From NCBI GenBank assembly GCA_002104945.1, contig MCFH01000035.1, positions 1-64,000 on the forward strand: 64,000 nt of DNA. Direction: 5' to 3'. The notes under the pieces were generated by a model. The model saw only the letters and a program-made list of their open reading frames with translations, made no database searches and was not told the origin of the DNA. Origin of the DNA: Piromyces finnis finn (lineage: Eukaryota > Fungi > Neocallimastigomycota). A program made the translations under genes and the position numbers. Within the stretch, counting starts at the first letter, position 1, and the number at the start of each line of letters is the position of its first letter. This document shows, piece by piece, positions 29,156 to 41,115 of the stretch.

Positions 29156-31532
29156 TTAAATTTTAAGTTTGCTTAAAGCAGTTGCAAGATCAAATTCCCA
29201 AACAACAATTTTTCCATCAAGACCACTAGTAGTAAAACTAGTAACATTATCTCTTGTGCCAGAATAAATTCTGATATCACTATTATATTCATTTCAAATT
29301 ATTATTAAATATAAATATAAATAAATAAATATGCATAGAGAAAAGTGTTAGAAATTTTATAATCTTATAATCTTAATATAAAGTATTAAAAAAAAAATAA
29401 AAAGTAAAAATAATTATATATGCGAATATTTTTAAATCTTCATTCAATTTACTTAATAGTGTTTTGGTGAGTAGTTGGGAGACTAGAATCATCATTAGTT
29501 TCTTGACCTCTTGAGTCCATTTGTCTGAATTTATTGAATGCATTTGAAACAACTTCTTCCTTCTTTTCACTTTGGTCAAGTTTTCCCATATTAACCCTAT
29601 TAAATTAATTAGAATTAAAAAATTATATATTAGGCGTGTATAGATATTGTTTTTACGTATAATTAAAAAAAGTATCGTGTATTATATAAATTGAAAAAGG
29701 CTTATACCAATTCATTGGTGAAGATTCTTCATATAAGATTGGACAACAATCGTAACCGATGGTAATTACGTGATGTTCATCTGTGAAGAGGAGAGAAAGA
29801 TATGGAAGATCTTTATTCTTAATAGTGATAACTTCATTAGTTTCTCTATATAAGAATGAAATAGAGGAATCATGTCCTATTTAGGATTCAATAAAATATA
29901 TGTAATATATTAATTTTTATCCATATAAATTTTTATTCTATACAAAGATATTCTTATTTGTCATTTCGAAAAAAAAAAGAAAAGTGAGAGGAAATAAAAT
30001 AGAATTACCAATAAAGGCGACAACATTTCCACTTGGGGAAAAGGAGACACCATGAACCCATCCACTAATCTTATTTTCACTAATTAAAGCTCCAACAGAC
30101 TTGATCTTCTTGTTTCTGTTTATTATATAAATAATAAATATAAATATAAAAAAATTCATTTTTACTGTATGATCTTTTATAGTTTCATTAGATTCTTACG
30201 AAGTAATAGCTTCATCGGTAACGGTAGAGAAGACACGAACCTATTTATTTTATTTCAAATAACGTTATTAATATTTTGATAATTTGACATAATAATTAGA
30301 CAAACGATATTATTTTTATGACATTACTTTTGAATCAGCAGTACCAACACCAAGATGGAAGTTATCTGGGTGCCAGTCTAAGGAAAGAACAGTTGAACGT
30401 AATTTGTTGATATGAATACTACGCCACCAATTGTTTCTTTCATCATAGTAACAAACAGCAACATTCTTAGCACCAGTACCAACAGCAAATTTATTTTCTT
30501 GTGGACTCCATTTAACAACAGTAGCAGCACGATTAATACGAAGAATAACTAAAGTTGGTTCCCAACCAGTAGCGGTTCTTTTCCATACGTATGCATTACG
30601 ATCTTGAGAACATGAAACAATTCTATCAGTTTCTGGAGCCCAGTCAATACTGGTAATAAGTTTATCATGCTTTGTAAATATAATTTTATTTGGGGAAATT
30701 AATTATTTAATAAAATATATTAAATGTCATAATAATGTTAATGATGTTAAATTAATTTATTTCATATTATTTTTTTTTATTGTAAATGTATAATAAAAAG
30801 GAAAATTTTAATATTTCTGTATATATTATTATATATTTCCTCCATTCCCAACACTTTTCTATAATTTTATTTTTTGTATTTAAATTTTATATTTAATATT
30901 TATTTATCTATCTATCTATCTATATTTATTTAACGCTACATTTTTTTTTTTTTATTTTATATTTTTCTTACGATGTAGTTTTGTTTTAAATAGAAATATA
31001 ATCTATATAAAATTGTTTTGAAATATTACTGAAACGAATGTTTTTGTGCAAAATAATAAAATAAAATAATATTGTCTTAAAATAATATTGTATATATATT
31101 ACTTCTTTTAAAGCAGTTTCAAATTCCCAATTATTTCCGTTTTTCTTGTAAATGTGAATTTCATTGGTATTTGGACAAATAGCAACCTCTTTATGTATAA
31201 ATCATTTACATTATATTTGATTTTATTAAAATAAATGGTGGTGTTTATTTGTGGTGTGTGATAATTTTTTATGTAAAGAAACAAAATAAATTATGTAAAT
31301 ATATGTATAATTGTATAAAAATTAAAAGTATTATATTTTATTATATATATAAATTTATTTTTAATAGATTAAAAGAATGTATGTATTTTCTTTTTTTATT
31401 TTTATTTTCTTTAAAAAAAAAGTTTAAATAAAATATTTTATAATATTTATTATTTTTACCAGATCTATCCTTGTTGAATGAATGACAAGTTATTGGGCAT
31501 TTAACAATTTGAAATACATTAGCAACACTCAT
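29156..31532 (-). CDS. ARPC1: Arp2/3 complex WD40 subunit ARPC1/Arc40, multi-exon
   Basis: [11 protein letters not shown]|[74 protein letters not shown] and C-terminal [13 protein letters not shown]...KLKI-stop at 29158-29156. Confidence 0.95.
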
Positions 31533-34181
31533 TTTAATATATATATATATATACTGTTGTTTGAAATTTTAAATGAATGGAATTATATTTTCTATTAATG
31601 GCAAAAGAAACGCATTATTATTTATTATAAAAAATAAATTTATTAATATTTTTTTTCTTAAATTTTATTTTACACTAAAGATAATAACTATAATTAGAAT
31701 TATTATATAAATTTATACTAAAAAATTTTAAATTTTGATGATAAAATATTAAACATATTGATTTATAAAGATAATATAAACTATTTTTTTATCATAACTA
31801 CTTTTATATATAATATTTTTATAATAATAAATAGTTAACTTTACTTTTTATATTTTATATATGTAATAAAAAGGTGTGATGTATTATTTACTTCTTAATT
31901 TTTTTAATTAAAAAAAAAAATAAAATAAAATAAATAAATAAAAAAAAACGATATATATAAATAAATATATAAATAATTTTAATTAAATTTATTATTTAAT
32001 TAAATAATTTATATTTTTTTTTATTTTTTATAATATTTTAAAATTTAAAAAAGATTAATTACAAAAAAATTGTACATTAATGTATTAACATATTTAATAT
32101 TATAATAGCATCATGTAAATAATAAAGTAAATAAGGAAATATATACATATTATAAAAAAATATAACACTTTATAAAAAAAAAAAAACGGAAATTACAAAG
32201 TTTTATATATTCAATAATTCTCAAAGTTTGAATAGACATTTAACCATAAATTATTATAATATAATTAATATACATAATTAAATTTTAAAAATCAACAACT
32301 AATTCCCTATTCCAAGACTAGCTACTCTATTTTTTTCTAACTTGATGTTGAATTTATCTATTTATTATTATTTTGGAGGGATATAAATTAATAAACAAAC
32401 AAAAATATTTTTTATATATTTTTTCATAATTGCTTTTTTTTTTTTTTTTTATTTAAAAAGATGAAATATTACGCCTATTTTTATCTCCTTACATATATAT
32501 ATATTTATTTTTTCGCCTAATTTCTATGATCTAGTTATATTTATCATTCATTTTACTATGTATACATTTCAGTTATCATTATCATTTTTATTTATGTTAA
32601 AAAAATTAATACTGTATATCTAAGAAGTATTTATCCATGATAATGTGTTATTATTAATTCAATCTATCTAAATAGTAAATATATAAAACCTTTATTACTA
32701 AAAATAAATTATTTAAATAATTATTATGGTTAGTTCAAAAGAAGCTTTATTTTTTTTCTACACAATACAATATTGTAAATGTATACGTAATCTCTAAATA
32801 AATAAAGATAATCGTAATAAAAAATTAAAATAGTATAAATATTAAATATTTATATTATCATCATAGAAAAACTTTGATTTATATATAATATTGATATTAT
32901 TTATAATAAACAAACGTTATACTCTTTTAAATTTATATAATTATTTTTATTAGAAATTTATGTATAGGGATGAATGGAATGGATGTACTATAATTTATAT
33001 TCTACTAAATTTATATAGAGTAATATTTATTTTATGTCAACTTTTATTCAAAAATAAAAAAGTAATAAAATAAAATGTTTTTTTTTTTTTATTAATGTGC
33101 TTTTTTTTATGTACCTTTTTTTAGGGTAATAAATTTTCCAATGCTACGGAAAATATTTTTTTGAAATAAATGAAATTTATCCTATTAAAATTTAAAATTT
33201 TCATTACTCATCACCACTCAATATAAATAAATTTTAGTTATTTAATATTATTCTTAATAAGGATTTATATTTCTTTTTTAAACTTGTTCAATAGTTTAAA
33301 TTAATTTCATTTTTAAACTATTTCAAAATATTCCTTTTTTTTTTTAATAAAAATAATAATGACTAATAAATTGGATTAATATATAAAACTTATATCATTT
33401 TTACCATGATTATATTAATACGCGTCCCCTACTACCTACTAATACCTATGATTTAAAATTATTTAAATAATTAGGTTAAGGAGAATATCATAAAAATAAT
33501 TATAAATAAATATTATTCAAATTATAAAAAAAACTAATTATTAAAGTTAATATAAAAAGTTTATTATTAATTAAATATCATATTTGTTTATAAAAAATTA
33601 ATTAAACTTTAATTTATATTATTTATATATGGGACACATCCATTTTTATTTCTAATTAAAAAAGAAATGATTTAATAAATATAATATATTGTAAATATTA
33701 TATAAATAGTATTGTATATTGTTAATCATTGATAAACTAACCTTCCGCACTTTCTATTAAAAAAAAAAATATATATATATAAAGAATAAAATTTTAACTT
33801 TTTTTTTTAAAATATATATCGAAAAATACAAAAAATTATATATACTCTAAAAGATATTTTAATAGTCACAAAATAATTAGTATTTTTGAGATATATAATT
33901 CTAAATCACATTAAAAATTTGTTAATACTTTTTTTTCTTTTGTAATATATAAACAAAATTATAAATTTGTTTATATTTTTATATTAATTACACTTTTAGG
34001 AAATTTTAAACATAATAGAAGTTCTTTTTTTCAGACAGTTTAATAAATTTAAATTTGTAGGAAATTTAAACATAAAATATTATCAACTATTTATTAATAA
34101 TTCAAATCAAATTTTGATTAATTAAAAGTCATCTGAATAAAAATTCAAAAATTTATATCTAAATAAAAATAATATAATACT

Positions 34182-36011
34182 ATGAACGCAAAAAAATTTT
34201 CTTTAATGTTATTGGCATTGTTCGCTAAACATGCCCTTTCAGATTGTCCAGATGGAATAAAAAAACAAGGATATCCATGTTGTTCAAGTTGTATTGTGTA
34301 TTTTTCTGATAAAGATGGCCAATGGGGTGTAGAAAATGGTAAATGGTGTGGTATTCAAGATTATTGTAATGGTTTACCTACTGATTGTCCATCTTCTATT
34401 ACAAGTCAAGGTTATGCTTGTTGTAGAGGTTGTGACGTTGTATATACTGATGAAAATGGTGATTGGGGTATAGAAAATGATTATTGGTGTGGTATTTCTC
34501 AATCATGTAAGAATAAACCTGTTGATTCAAACTCAGCTCCACCATCTCAAGCTACTTCTCAAGCCACTTCAGATGATTATGTAGATCCAAATAGAAAGGT
34601 ACAACCTGTTGTAATGTCAGACTATTCTTCAGGGGTATCTGTTCACGATCCATCTGTTGTCAAAAATGGTAATAAATATTATATTTTCGGTTCTCATATG
34701 GATACTGCTTTTACTACTGATTTATGGAAGTTTACAAAGTTATATACAGGTGTTAATGAAAACAATAAAATGTTTTCAAATTTATTCTCAAAATCAAATT
34801 ATGGTGCTTTCAACTTTGTTGGTAAAAATAGTGAAGGTGGATTCTCAGTTTGGGCTCCAGATGTTATGTTTAATAAGAGAATGAATAAATGGGTTCAATA
34901 TTTCTGTACTTCTTCTACATATATTAAATCCAGTATTTGTTATGCTTTAGCTGATAATATTGAAGGTCCATACACTTATAAGGATTGCTTCATCTTCTCT
35001 GGTATGGATTCAGGTAGTGTTGGTAAAACAAATATTAGAGCTATTACTGGTAGTGATAACGGTAATCGCTATTTCCCAGGTAACAAATACAATAATAAGG
35101 TCTATCCAAATGCCATTGATCCAAATGCATTCTACGATTTCAATGGTAAATTATGGTTGGCTTATGGTTCATGGTCTGGTGGTATCTATATCTTAGAATT
35201 AGATGAAAGTACTGGTCTTCCAAAACATAACATCAATAATGGAAATAACATAGATAAATACTATGGTAAGAAGTTAGCTGGTGGTAATCATCAATCTATT
35301 GAAGGCCCATACATTTTACCACATAAAGCTGCTGGATATTACTATCTTTTCGTTTCCTATGGTACTCTTACATCTAACGGTGGTTACCAAATTCGTTTAT
35401 TCCGTTCAAAGAACCCAGATGGTCCATATACTGATGCTGCTGGTAGAGAATTTATGAGTGGTACTAATTCCAACTTTGGTGTCAAGATTATGGGTAATTA
35501 CAATATTCCAGGAAGAAGCCAAGCTTACATGGCTCCAGGTCACAATTCTGCTTTAATTGATGACAATGGAAAAATCTTACTCTTCTATCACACTCGTTTC
35601 AATGATGGTCAAGAATATCACGAGCCACGTATTCATCAAATGTTCCTTAACAAGGAAGGATGGCTTGTTGCTGCTCCATATGCTTACACTGGTGAAACCA
35701 TTTCTCCAACTGGTTATAGTATGAATGATATGGTTGGTAGTTACAAGTTATTATTCCACTTCCATACTAGAATTAATGGTGAAATTTCTAATCTCTACAC
35801 CATTAACTTAAACCAAGACTTTACTGTTACTGGTAAATACACTGGTACTTGGTCTTATGATAAGGGTACTCATTACATGACCATTACTCTCAATAACTAC
35901 ACTTATAGTGGTGTCTTTGTTAAGCAATTAGATGAAGCTAAGTCTGCTACTGTTACCTCCTTTACCGCTATTGGTACAACTAATGATAGTGTTTGGGGTG
36001 TTCGTTTCTAA
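34182..36011 (+). CDS. Cellulosomal GH43 endo-arabinanase-like glycosidase with signal peptide, two N-terminal fungal dockerin (CBM10-like) modules and a C-terminal beta domain; intronless
   Basis: Two C....QGY.CC..C...Y.D..G.WG.EN..WCGI repeats; GH43 catalytic motifs VHDPS, WAPD, AIDP, IEGP, PGHNS and YH.RF. Confidence 0.92.
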   Translation: MNAKKFSLMLLALFAKHALSDCPDGIKKQGYPCCSSCIVYFSDKDGQWGVENGKWCGIQDYCNGLPTDCPSSITSQGYACCRGCDVVYTDENGDWGIENDYWCGISQSCKNKPVDSNSAPPSQATSQATSDDYVDPNRKVQPVVMSDYSSGVSVHDPSVVKNGNKYYIFGSHMDTAFTTDLWKFTKLYTGVNENNKMFSNLFSKSNYGAFNFVGKNSEGGFSVWAPDVMFNKRMNKWVQYFCTSSTYIKSSICYALADNIEGPYTYKDCFIFSGMDSGSVGKTNIRAITGSDNGNRYFPGNKYNNKVYPNAIDPNAFYDFNGKLWLAYGSWSGGIYILELDESTGLPKHNINNGNNIDKYYGKKLAGGNHQSIEGPYILPHKAAGYYYLFVSYGTLTSNGGYQIRLFRSKNPDGPYTDAAGREFMSGTNSNFGVKIMGNYNIPGRSQAYMAPGHNSALIDDNGKILLFYHTRFNDGQEYHEPRIHQMFLNKEGWLVAAPYAYTGETISPTGYSMNDMVGSYKLLFHFHTRINGEISNLYTINLNQDFTVTGKYTGTWSYDKGTHYMTITLNNYTYSGVFVKQLDEAKSATVTSFTAIGTTNDSVWGVRF

Positions 36012-37001
36012 GATAATTAATTGTTAATATTTAGTTGTACAAACTATTTATGTATTTTTCAATTTTTTATTATTAAATAATGTACGATATAGATTAATAG
36101 TAAAAAAAAAAAAAAGAGAAAGATATCTTTTATATTTTTTAATTATTAATTATTGTAAATAAATAATAAAAGCTTTTAATAAAAAAAAAAAATCTTTAAA
36201 AAAAAACGATTAAAACAGTTGATTCTTTAGAAAAATAACTATTCTCACTATATATTATCATAGTTAGTATTTATAAAAAAAAAAAAAAAAGAAAACAATT
36301 GTTGGACTAAATTATAGAAAATTCGTGATGGCATCACATGCATTATGTAAAAAAATTTTGATAAAAAAAAAAAAAACATATAATTAAAATTTTATTAATA
36401 ATGTTACAATGATAAAGATTTTATAAATTTTTAATTATTATGAATTAAAATTAAATTAATAATTTTCAAAGGCCAAATATACCCATTTATATATATATAT
36501 ATATATTTTTTTTTTTTTTGTAAAAAAAAATTAAGAAGCAATATTGTATATTTCCAAACCTATAAAGCCTTAGTAAAATATATGTATATTAATAAGTCAT
36601 ATACATAGAAAAGATAATACAAGCAAATAAAGTAAAACAAAATAAATAAATAAAAAACCAAAAAAAAAAAAAAATAAAATAAATAATTTTATGTAACTAT
36701 CAACTATTAAATAATATTTATAATGTGAAATGGGTTATACACACATTTCTTTAAAAAAAAAAAAAAAAAAAATAAAACTTTTCTTACTAATTTTTAATAA
36801 TTTTAAAAATAAATATTTAAACTAGAATATTGGATTTCTCTATAAACATTACTTTTAATAATAAAGAGAATTTACAATTTATAAATTAAAAATACTTTTA
36901 TAAAATAGTTTAAAAATCTAAAAGATAAAACGAAGCAAAAAAATAAAAATATCTTTTAATCTTTAATAATAATATACTTTTCTAAAATATATTTTACCAG
37001 A

Positions 37002-37898
37002 ATGCTTTTATCAAACATTAAACCATTAAATACTTCCTTATTAAGACCAATTTCGAATTCTGTTTTTACTGGACTTAATATTAATAGAAACCAATACAAA
37101 TCACTTTATTTAAACACTAAATTATCAACTATTTCTTTAATAAACAAAAGATACCACAATACTGAAACTGCAAATGAATTAACTGCACCTAAACAAGGCT
37201 ACAGTACAGAAGAATATACCAGTAGAAATAATAATAGAAAAAAGGAAAAAAAGGAAAAAAAACGTTCAGGTTTTTTAAGTGGAGGGTAATTCTAGATACC
37301 TTTTTTTTATTATTATATATTAGTAGAATTAACAAAAAATATTTGTAAAAAAATATAATATGGTATATGCTATCTAATGATGATAATTATAGTTTATCAT
37401 TTAGTAAATTTTAAAAGTTTTGGTTTTATAAAGGATTTCATTTAATTTGGTTTATTTTTTAAAAAAAAAACTATAATTTGTTATTTTGAGAAAAATATAT
37501 ACAAATTTTAAAGAATGAAATTCTTATTATTTTTTATATTTCATAATTTATATAAATATTATAAATAATAATATTATATTTAATAGAATGTTTGGTTTCT
37601 TACTTGGTTTTTCTTCTGTATTTGGTATTGGATATTTCTTTTTAATTCAAGATTATCAAGTTAGTAAAATATATCTTATGTCTCATACTTTCATTAATAT
37701 TTAATAATATTATAATATTTTTTATATTAAAATTTTAATCTTTTTTTTTTTTTTTTTAAAAATAGATATCTAATGATTCATTAAGAAAAAGTATTGATAC
37801 GTTACAAGGTTCTATAATAAAGGTTTATATAGATAGTTGCTTATAATATATAATATATAAATTATTAAAATAATAATTTAAAAATGAATAAATTATCC

Positions 37899-37943
<45 letters not shown>

Positions 37944-38412
37944 TTATAGATATAGATATCAATAGATATATCGATTTTATTAAATCCTATGTTTGAAAAC
38001 TTTATTAACTAAAATTTAATTTTTATAATTCAAAAGATAAAAAGAAATAATAGAGAAATTGACGAATTAATTGAAGAATTAAAGAAACTCAAAAGTGAAG
38101 CTATTACTAAAGATGAATTTAATGCTTATCAAAATAATATTAAGGCAGTATTAGTAAGTATCTATAAAATTCAAAAAAAAAAAAAAAAAAAAAAAATAAT
38201 AAATGCTTCAAGTAATAATACAATTAATATTTTTGATCATAAATAATAATAATAATTATATTATTATTGTGTAAAAACATTTTTTTTTATAGAATGAAAT
38301 TAAGAAGGAGCAGACAAAAGAAAATTCTAATTTATCAAGAATGAATGATAATATAGCAAAAAATCTTCAACAAAAGAATAATTATAACTTTTTCCTTCCA
38401 ACAGATGAATGA
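37002..38412 (+). CDS. Small single-TM coiled-coil protein with predicted mitochondrial/hydrogenosomal presequence; 5 exons (37002-37285, 37587-37659, 37766-37822, 38037-38153, 38293-38412)
   Basis: All four GT-AG junctions keep frame: MLLSNIKPLNTSLLRP...KRYH...SGG|MFGFLLGFSSVFGIGYFFLIQDYQ|ISNDSLRKSIDTLQGSIIK|IKRNNREIDELIEELKKLK...|NEIKKE...PTDE-stop. Confidence 0.75.
37901..37939. repeat. (AAT)n microsatellite in an intron
   Basis: Read directly. Confidence 0.9.
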
Positions 38413-40360
38413 TAAATGAATTAAAAAAGGAATAAAATGTAATAATGATAATATCATTTTTCTATAAATAAATAATGATAATACAATAATCCATTTTATA
38501 ATTATTAAAAAGAAAATTTACAAAAGAATTCAAAAACAAAACAAAACAAAATAAAACAAAAAAAAAAAATACCAAATAAATTTTTGTTTTTTATAAATAA
38601 TTAATTTGATGTTAATATGAATGTTTAAAATAACATAATCAACTTTATATCATTCCAATTTTTTTAAAAACATACTTTAAAATAATAATGAAATAAAAAA
38701 AAAAAAAGTATTTTATTATATTACAAAAATTAAATTGTTATGTAAATAAAAGTGAAAAATGAAGTAATAAAAACTAATTGAAAAAATAATATCAATTAAT
38801 TAAATCGATATATTATTAAGATGGCTTTTTCTTTCATTTTTATATATATTATTAACAGGTTAACACTTGTAAAATATATAGGTTCATTTAACTATTTTTA
38901 TATATGAAAAATGAATTTATGTTTTAAAGAAGATCATCTATATATACTATTTTTTAATAATAAAAATCCTATGGAGATGTGATAGATTATTTATAAAGAA
39001 AAAAAAAATATTTTAAATAGGCTATAGTATTATTATTATTATTATTATTTTTTTATAGTGAATATGTTAAAATCAAATTTTGATACATTAAATTATTAAT
39101 ATTTATTTCATATATACATTTACTATAAGTGTATTTTATGAAGATAAGATAAAATATCAAAAAAAAAAAAAAAGTTTTGATGCATTCCTATTGCTACTGC
39201 AGCTATTAAACTGTCCCTTTTAGAATATTTCTCTATTTTATTTTTTCTTTAATACTTATTAATTAAAATTATTAAAAAAATTACATTTTTTTTAACCATC
39301 CTGTTTATATTAAAAACGCTATAAAAATTTTAATTTTTAATAAAACAAAAAAGGAAAAAAAAAAAATTAAAAAAAAACCAACATTTTGTCAAACAATTCT
39401 TACTATTAATAAAATACAAAAACATAGATTTATTATAAAATTTTCAAAGAAATTATTTTTATTATAAATATAACATTTCTATTATAAATAATGAAAAAAA
39501 TACCACTTTATTAGCTTATTCATTTTTTATTTTTGAAAAGTTTTTTTTTTTTTTTTCTTTGGGTTTAGATTACCATTATACTAATAAAACATATGAAATT
39601 TATTTGTTTTTATAATATTTATTAATTATTTTTTATTATTTAATTTTTTTTTACATTGTTAAAATAAAAAGGATCTATTAATATATTATACAATATATTA
39701 TAATAAATTTATTTCTACTATTCAATAATTTATACAATATATTCAATAGATTAAATTTAAATAAAAGATACAACTTTAAGTATTAATAAAATTTTTTTGT
39801 GTTATCTTAACATTATTATGTAATATATTATTCAATATAATATAATATATGAACAATAATATCAAAACCAATATTGTATTACTATAACCAAAAAAATATT
39901 GGTTTATTGGATAGGTTAAGAATGTATTAAAAATGTATTAAAAATGTTTTAAAATTATTAAAAATGAAAATAAAATTAGTATTTGATAATACACCTATTT
40001 TATAGGTACTCTATAGCGCAAGGTCGCACCTAACAATTATTTTTATATATTGAAAAGAGAGAATATGCATATATAAATTATAAAAGTGTTAAACTACAAA
40101 GGATATTATTGATATATTTATTTATATGTTTATAGGGATAAACTTATTTAATAAGCTTCTTATAATTTATTTAATTACTAGTAATTCATTCATTTATTTA
40201 TTATGATTATGATTGTTAAAAATAATCCTTTTTTTTTTTATTTATATTATTATTTTAATAGGAAAATTTAATTAGTATCAAGCATTATTATTCGTTCAAA
40301 AATCATTTATATTTCAATGTATTGAATATTATGTATTACAATATAAATAAAAAAACTCGA

Positions 40361-40393
<33 letters not shown>

Positions 40394-41115
40394 AAAAAGA
40401 TAAAATAATAAAATTATAACATTAAAATAAAATTAAATAATTAAAATAAAAATTTTAATATAATAAAATTTTATTTTATTTTTTATTTCATTTTAATATC
40501 TTAAAATCAAATAAAAAACAAAATAAAATAGAGAATTAAAACAAATAAATAAAAAGAATAATAGAATAAAATAAATTTATAATAATAAAATAATTAATGT
40601 AAGTATACCGAATAAAAATGATATATAATTAAATCTCAATTTGTATATATATATTATTATATGTTATTTGTGATATATGTTGTGTGAAATTTATTTTTAT
40701 TTTTCACTGTAAAGTTTGTTATATAAAGTCTTAATAAGAAAGAGTTATATTTTATTTTTTATTATTATTTTAGTTTGTATAACTAATTAAGAATAAAAAA
40801 TAATAACTGCTTTTATTTTTATTTATATTCTCTTTATAACAGATTATAAATAATAAATAAAATCAATAAAGCAAAGCAAAACAAAAGAACAAAAATTAAT
40901 ATAAAAATTAAAAAATAAAATAAATATTAGAATTAACAATTATAAAATAATAACAATAAATTAAAATAAAATAAAGCAAATAACAAATAAAATAAAACAA
41001 ACAATAAAGCAAATAATAATAATAAATTAAAAAATAAAACTATATATTATATAACAAATTAACAAAAATAAATATTCAAATAATTTAAAAATATAATAGC
41101 ATATATAATATAAAA

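Noticed and set aside
33421-33638. Possible MITE with CGCGTCCC / GGGACACA imperfect termini
   Set aside because: Only 6 of 8 bases match and no TSD is evident.
36325-36337. Palindrome GTGATG-G-CATCAC as a candidate transcription factor site
   Set aside because: Single instance that cannot be assigned to a gene or factor.
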